Shown here: positions 58,013 through 64,000 of the stretch, one piece after another
Position numbering within the stretch: the first letter of the stretch is position 1
Layout: every line of letters starts with the position of its first letter
NCBI GenBank assembly: GCA_963718895.1
Contig: CAVRAG010000008.1
Location: 1,376,001 to 1,440,000 of the forward strand
Direction of reading: 5' to 3'
From: an uncultured Nitrososphaerota archaeon
GTDB lineage: Archaea > Thermoproteota > Nitrososphaeria > Nitrososphaerales > Gagatemarchaeaceae
Length of the DNA: 64,000 nucleotides
Notes under the pieces: generated by a model
Databases searched by the model: none
Told to the model about the DNA's origin: nothing
Seen by the model: only the letters and a program-made list of their open reading frames with translations
Program-made: the position numbers and the translations under genes

Positions 58013-58081
58013 ATGGCAGGACTCGGTGCATTCTAGAGCATCCGAAAGGATGATAAGAACAGAAGCCCTCGTTAGCGCCGG

Positions 58082-58387
58082 ATGCGCTACTTTCTCTTCC
58101 CCAGAAAGGCCGCGGCCTACAGGATAGGCCAGCTGATCGCATCTGCCGCCGATGAGGTGGCGGGTAGTCAAGACAAGACAGGGACGGCAAGCATCGAAAA
58201 GGAGGGTTTCTTGAAGGCGGTCATCCAAGGAACGACCCAGGGTAGGCCCGGAGGTATCGCCGGATATTCGATGAAGGAAATGGATCCGCGCGTTCAGCCT
58301 ACCGCAAAGAAGTTGGTCAACCTAAGCAAGAATGACCCGAAACTGTTCAGTCTCGTGATGAAGGAGTTGGAACGGCGAGCTGTATAG
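58082..58387 (+). CDS. Hypothetical protein (possibly 5'-truncated)
   Basis: Open frame filling the gap; no recognisable motif. Confidence 0.4.
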   Translation: MRYFLFPRKAAAYRIGQLIASAADEVAGSQDKTGTASIEKEGFLKAVIQGTTQGRPGGIAGYSMKEMDPRVQPTAKKLVNLSKNDPKLFSLVMKELERRAV

Positions 58388-58415
58388 CCTCTCTCCCTCT
58401 GATTACAGCTCCCTG

Positions 58416-58667
58416 GTGACGTTGGCAACCTTCATGGCATCGTTTCAAAGCCCGTTCACGGCCTATCTGGCGGAGTCCAAGGGAAGCCGTTCGTACCTGT
58501 TCCCGGAATTGGCCTCGTTCGCCTGTCTCGCTCTCTCTGCTCTCCTCGGCGTAATCGAGAACCCGATATCGCTGTACATTTTGACCCTCGGAATCGCTCT
58601 TGCCCTGTGGACCTACCTCACTCTCTTCTTCGAGGAGTCAAAAGTGTCTCTGTTTACAGACTCGTAA
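58416..58667 (+). CDS. Small membrane protein or fragment
   Basis: Two hydrophobic segments. Confidence 0.4.
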   Translation: MTLATFMASFQSPFTAYLAESKGSRSYLFPELASFACLALSALLGVIENPISLYILTLGIALALWTYLTLFFEESKVSLFTDS

Positions 58668-58741
58668 GCGCTCGAGAGATTCCGATTGTTCCGTGTCCAT
58701 GTGCTGGAACGTTTTTAGGTTTGGTCGAACGGAGACCAATC

Positions 58742-59158
58742 ATGAGTGCCGGTAACTTTAACGCACAGACAATCGCCGAGTTCCGCAAGAACAAGGGAAA
58801 GGTCGGCGGCTACTTCGCAGGGGCGCCGTTGCTGCTGCTACACACAGTCGGGAAGAAGACCGGGAAGGCTCACGTCACCCCGGTGATGTACCTCAAGGAC
58901 GGAGACAGGTACATCGTCTTCGGGTCGAAGGCGGGTCATGACTTCCATCCCCACTGGTTCCTCAACCTCAAGGCCAGCCCTGACGTAAAGGCCGAGATCG
59001 GGGACGAGACGCTCAATCTGCACGCCGTGGAAATCACGGGAGCTGAACGGGACGCCCTCTACAAGCGCCAGGTCGCCGCGTTCCCTACGTTCGGCGAATA
59101 CGAGCTTAAGACCAAGAGGAAGATCCCAGTCATCGCCCTCACCAAGAGAGAGAAGTGA
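58742..59158 (+). CDS. F420-dependent nitroreductase (Ddn / FDOR-A family)
   Basis: FN...IAEFR.N.GKVGG.F, LLL.T.G.KTG, SKAG...HP.W..NL.A.P, Y..KT.R.IPV. Confidence 0.92.
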   Translation: MSAGNFNAQTIAEFRKNKGKVGGYFAGAPLLLLHTVGKKTGKAHVTPVMYLKDGDRYIVFGSKAGHDFHPHWFLNLKASPDVKAEIGDETLNLHAVEITGAERDALYKRQVAAFPTFGEYELKTKRKIPVIALTKREK

Positions 59159-59201
59159 GCGGCATTGGGGGCGCATTTGCGCGTCCCGGCAGACTTCGGC
59201 T

Positions 59202-59594
59202 CTACTCTCCCGCGTCGTTCTTCTTCATCCGGGCCTTGACCAGCCTCTTGATGAGCAGGACGGGAATCTTCTCGTTCAGAGGAAGGTGGACGGCCGACTT
59301 CGTCGTCGTGTAGCCTGCCAGCTCCCTCCTGTGTTCCTCTATCACGGGAGGACGTAGGTAGAGTCCAATGTGCGCGGTCTGAAGACCGAACCACGCAAGC
59401 CGCCCCTTGTAGTTGTAGTAGGGCATCCTGTAGCTGATGCTCTCAACGGCGGTCGGTGCGGCCGACCTTATCGCCGCCCTGACTTCCTTCAGTTTGCCCT
59501 GGATCTCCTCTGGTGCTGCAGAGATGTAGGCGTCCACCTCCGGTGCGCTCTTCATGGCTCGCTTCTGGGTTGCGGGTCTCTTAGCCTTTGACAC
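59202..59594 (-). CDS. DUF1801 / YdhG-like (iron chaperone family) protein
   Basis: VDAYI, R.AI..AAP.A.E.ISY.MP.Y, HIGLY, P..LIKRLVKAR. Confidence 0.88.
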   Translation of the reverse strand: MSKAKRPATQKRAMKSAPEVDAYISAAPEEIQGKLKEVRAAIRSAAPTAVESISYRMPYYNYKGRLAWFGLQTAHIGLYLRPPVIEEHRRELAGYTTTKSAVHLPLNEKIPVLLIKRLVKARMKKNDAGE

Positions 59595-60010
59595 AGAGAC
59601 CAGGCTTGCGCGCCGATGAGGGGTTTCCCGAGCCGAGTGGCCACCTCCGCAGGAGGATGACTGCGACGAGGACCGTCCCCGCGACCAGAGTCGCGGACCA
59701 GCCGAATTCAGGGACTCCGACAGTCGTGGTCGTGGTGGTCGTAGTGCTGCAGGTGGTCGTGGTGGACTCGGGGTTCTGCACGATCGGTCTCGATGACGTG
59801 TTGACGGAAGTCTTGGCCAAGTGCGCTAGTGCCTAGCTGCGGTGAGATGGGGTCGCTCGCGTTGACGAGTATCGGCGCGCTGTTGGAGACTCCCGCGCCT
59901 GCGGCCGATGACTCCATCGACAGGACCTCCAACCCTCCGGTGTCGACCTGAACCGGGATGATGAACGTCGCCGTCTGTCCCGCGGCGAACGTGGCGCTAC
60001 CCGTGATTTT
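59581..60010 (-). pseudogene. Truncated/frameshifted PEFG-CTERM surface protein
   Basis: Thr tract + VGVPEFG + TM + RR. The upstream beta-rich segment is in another frame and there is no signal peptide. Confidence 0.65.
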
Positions 60011-60118
60011 AGTATAAAAGCGCGGGCCCGGTATCACGCGTCTTGCCGGTATCGTTCAGTTATCGGGTTCTCGGAGCGTCGCATGCACGTCTCCTGAAGC
60101 CGCGCCTCTGTCATCCCG

Positions 60119-61100
60119 TCAGAACCGCTTTGACTTGTCGACCACGTTGATGAGGGGCCTGCCGTGTTCGAACCTTTCGCAGTTCTCGACGAGGATTTGG
60201 GTCCTGCGTTCCGGGACGCGATAGGAGTCGGTCTTGGCTGCCATGTGGGGCGTTATCAACACGTTCGTCATCGACCACAGAGGGTTGTCAGGGGGCAGCG
60301 GCTCCTGTTCGAATACGTCCAGGGCAGCACCGGCGATCTTCTTGGCCGTGAGCGCCTCGATGAGGTCCTGGAGGACCACGCACTTCCCGCGCCCGACGTT
60401 GACGAGGAACGAACCGGGCTTCAATAGGTTCAGCCTCCTCGCATCTATCATCCGAATGGTCTCCGGAGTCTCCGGGGTGATCAAAGATCAGGAAGTCCGC
60501 CTGGGGTAGGAGGGTGTCTAGGGCGTCTGGTGGATACACCGCCGTGACGAATGGGGGAGGGCTCTTCACCCGTGGGTCGATGCCTGTCACGGTCATGCCG
60601 AAGGCCGCGCACAGGCGCGCGGTCTCTGCTCCGATGCCTCCGAGGCCGACTATGAGCGCCTTGGACTCCGGAAGGTATGTGGCGGTCTTGACGGGTCCCC
60701 ATTCGGCCTTCTGTTGCAAGCGGGCATACTCGGGCAGATTGCGGGAGAGGGCGAGAACGAAGGCAAGGGCGTGGGCGGCGACATGGTCGTTGTAGATGCC
60801 CCGGAAGTTGGTCACAGTGACGTCGCTCTTGAGGAGGGCTTCGTGCCAGAACGACGGGTCCGGGCTCGCTGCATTGCACTGGATCCAGCGCAACTTTCTC
60901 GCGCGGGAGAAGAGTCCGGGAGTGACAAACCCGTAGGCACAGTCGGCGTCCTGGATGTAGGTCTCTGCTTCCTCTGGGGTCCTGAATGCCTCTACCTCTG
61001 CACCCGGGACCGCCTCTCTGATCTCCTTGGGCCACTCCTCCTGACCCTCGGGGGGGAGAATCGCCATCTTGAACGGCATTATGGCCGAACTCATCTCCAA
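60119..61100 (-). CDS. D-2-hydroxyacid dehydrogenase with a +1 frameshift near 60484
   Basis: LRWIQ, TNFRGIY, GLGGIG, ADFLI|LITPETPET, NVGRG, AALDVFEQEPL, ITPHMA. Confidence 0.92.
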
Positions 61101-61337
61101 AGTGCTCTATATTGTTCATGGTAGACCCGTCTTGCCGACAACAGGGTCCATCGCGTCTCATCCGGTGCGGTTTCGAAGACGAATGATTCCTGAGAGCCAT
61201 AAATATGGCTCGCACTTAGGGAATCCTGAAACAGGCCCAAGTCCTTCGCAGCGAAACAATAATACTACTTCGAGGCACTGCGCAATGCTCGCTAGCTGTC
61301 CTGTGCCACGCCGCAATCCGGGCAGTACGCAGCCTCC

Positions 61338-61420
61338 CTAGGCATGCGCGCCGCAGTTCGCACAGAACTTGGTGCCTGCCTGCGTTGACCGGGGCGCCGC
61401 GGGCGGGTGAGATCGGGCCA
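61338..61420 (-). pseudogene. Remnant C-terminal zinc ribbon
   Basis: AGTKFCANCGA*; no credible upstream frame. Confidence 0.35.
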
Positions 61421-61641
61421 CCAGTTCTCTCATTCCGCTCAATCCCACGCTCACACTGTCTTCCGTCCTCCCGCGGTTCAGAACCTGGAACCGGGCGGTC
61501 GAACTCACTCTTGCGATGCAGGTTCCCAGCGACGAATGGTCATTCTCGACGATTACCTTCACAGTCTCCCCGAGCGTCCCGATGGACGAGTTTGTGTCCC
61601 GGCAATCCCTTCGACCAGCGCTTAACTAGCCTGACCTGCAA

Positions 61642-62082
61642 TTGCGGGCCGTGAATCAGAAGCCTCTGTTCGCTGTGGAGCTGAAGCCCTTCGAACCCCA
61701 CACCGTGCGCAGCGGGAGAGGGCACAGGAACGTGAAGAGGCAGCTGCATGAAGCGATCATGAGGGCGGTGGACGGCGACGAAATCGGCGCGGCCCGGGAG
61801 AAAGTCAGAGACAAGATTCTGAGGATCGACGTCGAGTTCCGGCTCTGGAAGGGGTCCGAAAGGACGACCAACACGAGGGTGAAGAAGGACCTCGACAACC
61901 TACTGAAGCCCGTCCTGGACGTCCTGCAGACAAGCCTGAACACCCAGAAGACCGAACCGGGCCTAGACCTGATAGAGGGAGACGAACGCGTTCACGAAAT
62001 CAACGCCAGGAAAATCATCGTAGACGATGAGAAGGACGAGGGGATCCGGATAGTCATCCTTGAGCACTGGTTGTCCCGCTAG
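61642..62082 (+). CDS. rusA: RusA-like Holliday junction resolvase family protein
   Basis: KKDLDNLLKPVLDVL matches the RusA D-x-D-N-x-x-K-x-x-x-D motif; I.GD..V.EI...K. Confidence 0.8.
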   Translation: MRAVNQKPLFAVELKPFEPHTVRSGRGHRNVKRQLHEAIMRAVDGDEIGAAREKVRDKILRIDVEFRLWKGSERTTNTRVKKDLDNLLKPVLDVLQTSLNTQKTEPGLDLIEGDERVHEINARKIIVDDEKDEGIRIVILEHWLSR

Positions 62083-62105
62083 CGCGCTTCCTTTGGGAGA
62101 GCAAT

Positions 62106-62747
62106 CTACCAGCCGTTCCAGTGTATCATGCTGGAGAGTGGCTTGCGCGGCCCCGGCCTGAAGGCAGTTCCTTTTGCATAGGCGACGGGAACCAGGGCCG
62201 CCTGCGTCACTTGCTCGAAGGGTATGCCGAGCAGCCTTGCGGCTTCCTCCTCGGAGCTGAGATGGAACGTTGTGTACACCGAGCCGAGACCTCTGGCTCT
62301 CAGGGCGAGCATGAAGCTCCATGTGGCCGGGACTATCGAGCCCCACGTCGCGGCCTGAGCCTGTGCGGGGAGCCCTTCCGTGCGTCCGTTGAAGCAGGGG
62401 ATCACGTGCACAGGTACCTCATGGACATGGTCGACTAGGTACCTGGCAGACGCCCTCAACCGCGTCCGTTCTGCTTCCCGCTTCGGGTCACCGCCCGTTG
62501 GCGGGGAGTTTTCAGAGAAGTACGATTCGGCGCCCTTGCGATAGAGGACCGCGAGCTGCGCCCGCTTGACCGGATCGGTCACGACGACGAAGTGCCAGCG
62601 TTGCGCGTTAGATCCGCTCGGCGCCTGCTGTGCCAGCCCGATGCATTCCTCGATCACTTCCCGTTCGACCGGACGGGTGAGGTCCAGCCTCCGCCTTACG
62701 GCGCGCGTAGTCGTGAGCAGTTCGTCGGGGGTGAGGTCCAACGGCAA
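62106..62747 (-). CDS. Nitroreductase family protein
   Basis: LLTTTRAVR, APSGSNAQ.W.F, FMLALRARGLG, R.PL. Confidence 0.92.
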   Translation of the reverse strand: MPLDLTPDELLTTTRAVRRRLDLTRPVEREVIEECIGLAQQAPSGSNAQRWHFVVVTDPVKRAQLAVLYRKGAESYFSENSPPTGGDPKREAERTRLRASARYLVDHVHEVPVHVIPCFNGRTEGLPAQAQAATWGSIVPATWSFMLALRARGLGSVYTTFHLSSEEEAARLLGIPFEQVTQAALVPVAYAKGTAFRPGPRKPLSSMIHWNGW

Positions 62748-62882
62748 GGAGCTTTTTGTCTCGGGATGATTCTTTATCCTTTGCGAACGCTCCCGTGAAC
62801 GGGTTGAAGATGTGGGGGTTCACTGCGCTCCGTTTGGGACACCTCGCCCGCGCTTCAGAATTGGCCAGCGGCGGAGATTCCA

Positions 62883-64000
62883 TCATGAATCCTTTCCCTT
62901 TCCTCTCAGAAGGATGAGCGGTATCGCCAGGACGACGACGATGGTGCTTCCGACGAGCCATGCGGACGGGTAGCCGTAGTCGAGGACTATCACCGAGAAG
63001 GAGAGAGGGGACGCGAAGGAGCCCACGAGCGAGAAGGAGTCGACGAACCCGACCGTGAAGCTCTCCATCTCCCGAGTAGGCGACCTGTCCCGGGCTGCGG
63101 AGAACCCCACCGTGAAGAAGATTCCCGTCGCCAGGCCCACCGCCAGCACGGCGGTGATCGCAGAGGGGACGGAGTCCAACGCAGCAGCCCCCACCCCCAA
63201 GCCCATGAGAGCAATCCCCGAGAGGAGTATGCGCTTCTCGCTTCGCCCCCTGTCGTAGAGCCTTCCGAAGAAAGGGCTCGACAGTAGAGGGAGAACGTAG
63301 GTCAGCCCACCTATGAGCCCGGCGGTCTCCGCCCCCAGACCCAGGTGTTGCTCTAGGTAGTAGACCATGAAGTTGCCGACGACGGCCGTCGCACCCCCCG
63401 CCCCCAGGAAGGCGATGCCGATGACGAGGACCTGCCTGTTGAAGACTACCCTCCTCAGGGCCGACATCATGCGGATCGGCTCTGTCAGAGGGGCATCGGA
63501 AGGGAGCAGCCAGATCACGACGAGGGTGGAGAACAGACAGAGCGCCCCGCCTATGAGGACGCTCTCTCTCCACCCAAGAAGCAGGCTCAGGATAGCCCAC
63601 CCGAAGACGCCGACTCCGCCGCCTATCGAGAACGATGTCGAGACCAGCGCGGCCCCAAGCCCCGTGGACCCGGGCCTCAGGTTCCTGATCAGGAGGACAA
63701 CTATCGGGGGGAAGCAGAACCCAAGGCCCATCCCCGCGAAGAATCTTAGCGCTATCAGGACGTCGAAGGTGGGAGACGCCGCAGCAGCCAGCGCTGATGC
63801 CGAAGTGATTAGCCCTCCGATGATGAGGAGCTTCTTCGCGCCCACGCGGAACGCGAGCAGCCCGCCGGGCAGCTCGAAGAGACCGTAGGCTACGAAGAAG
63901 CCCGAGGAGAGAAGTCCGAGTCCGTAGAGGTTCTGGTGGAACTCGAGCGATATCGGAAGGTTGAGAGCGGCGATGTTGGTCTGGACGATCGACACGAAGA
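62883..64000 (-). CDS. MFS transporter (5' end outside the window)
   Basis: About 11 visible TMs, LRFFAGMG, GWR, FGRLYDR. Confidence 0.88.
   Translation of the reverse strand, partial: FVSIVQTNIAALNLPISLEFHQNLYGLGLLSSGFFVAYGLFELPGGLLAFRVGAKKLLIIGGLITSASALAAAASPTFDVLIALRFFAGMGLGFCFPPIVVLLIRNLRPGSTGLGAALVSTSFSIGGGVGVFGWAILSLLLGWRESVLIGGALCLFSTLVVIWLLPSDAPLTEPIRMMSALRRVVFNRQVLVIGIAFLGAGGATAVVGNFMVYYLEQHLGLGAETAGLIGGLTYVLPLLSSPFFGRLYDRGRSEKRILLSGIALMGLGVGAAALDSVPSAITAVLAVGLATGIFFTVGFSAARDRSPTREMESFTVGFVDSFSLVGSFASPLSFSVIVLDYGYPSAWLVGSTIVVVLAIPLILLRGKGKDS

Noticed and set aside
57982-58080. Complete or permuted tRNA gene
   Set aside because: No GCCCCGG 5' strand, D-arm or anticodon arm on either side; kept only as a fragment.

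Overview
High-GC archaeal chromosomal DNA, most likely from a non-ammonia-oxidising Nitrososphaerota/Thaumarchaeota-like lineage (inference). The evidence is PEF/PEFG-CTERM sorting signals, TATA-like boxes about 25-35 nt before often leaderless ATG/GTG/TTG starts, haloarchaeal-type wHTH and HTH-10 regulators, and many zinc-ribbon fusions. There is no rRNA, complete tRNA, CRISPR array, transposase or integrase. The window is an accessory, heterotrophic region. (1) A ~17 kb nitrogen-scavenging cluster (9.2-25.9 kb) holds two class III aminotransferases, a formamidase, a hydantoinase/oxoprolinase A+B pair, a YhfX-type PLP enzyme, an RraA aldolase, two SDRs, a Zn-dehydrogenase, an APC permease and a deacetylase-fold protein. 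(2) A duplicated cassette pairs a small predicted di-heme (2x H-x13-H) membrane protein with a Tat-exported Rieske protein and flanks a wHTH regulator and a His/Asp-tailed microprotein (29.7-34.1 kb); this is the best candidate for an undescribed redox system. (3) Other notable genes are a GLIC/ELIC-type pentameric ligand-gated ion channel, solo Cas4-like, RusA-like and SfsA nucleases, tdh-kbl, F420-type oxidoreductases and several surface proteins. (4) There are four microproteins absent from the ORF track, a degenerate tRNA 3' half and several broken genes. Four single-base frameshifts sit next to GATC, which suggests methylation-related long-read errors rather than real lesions.
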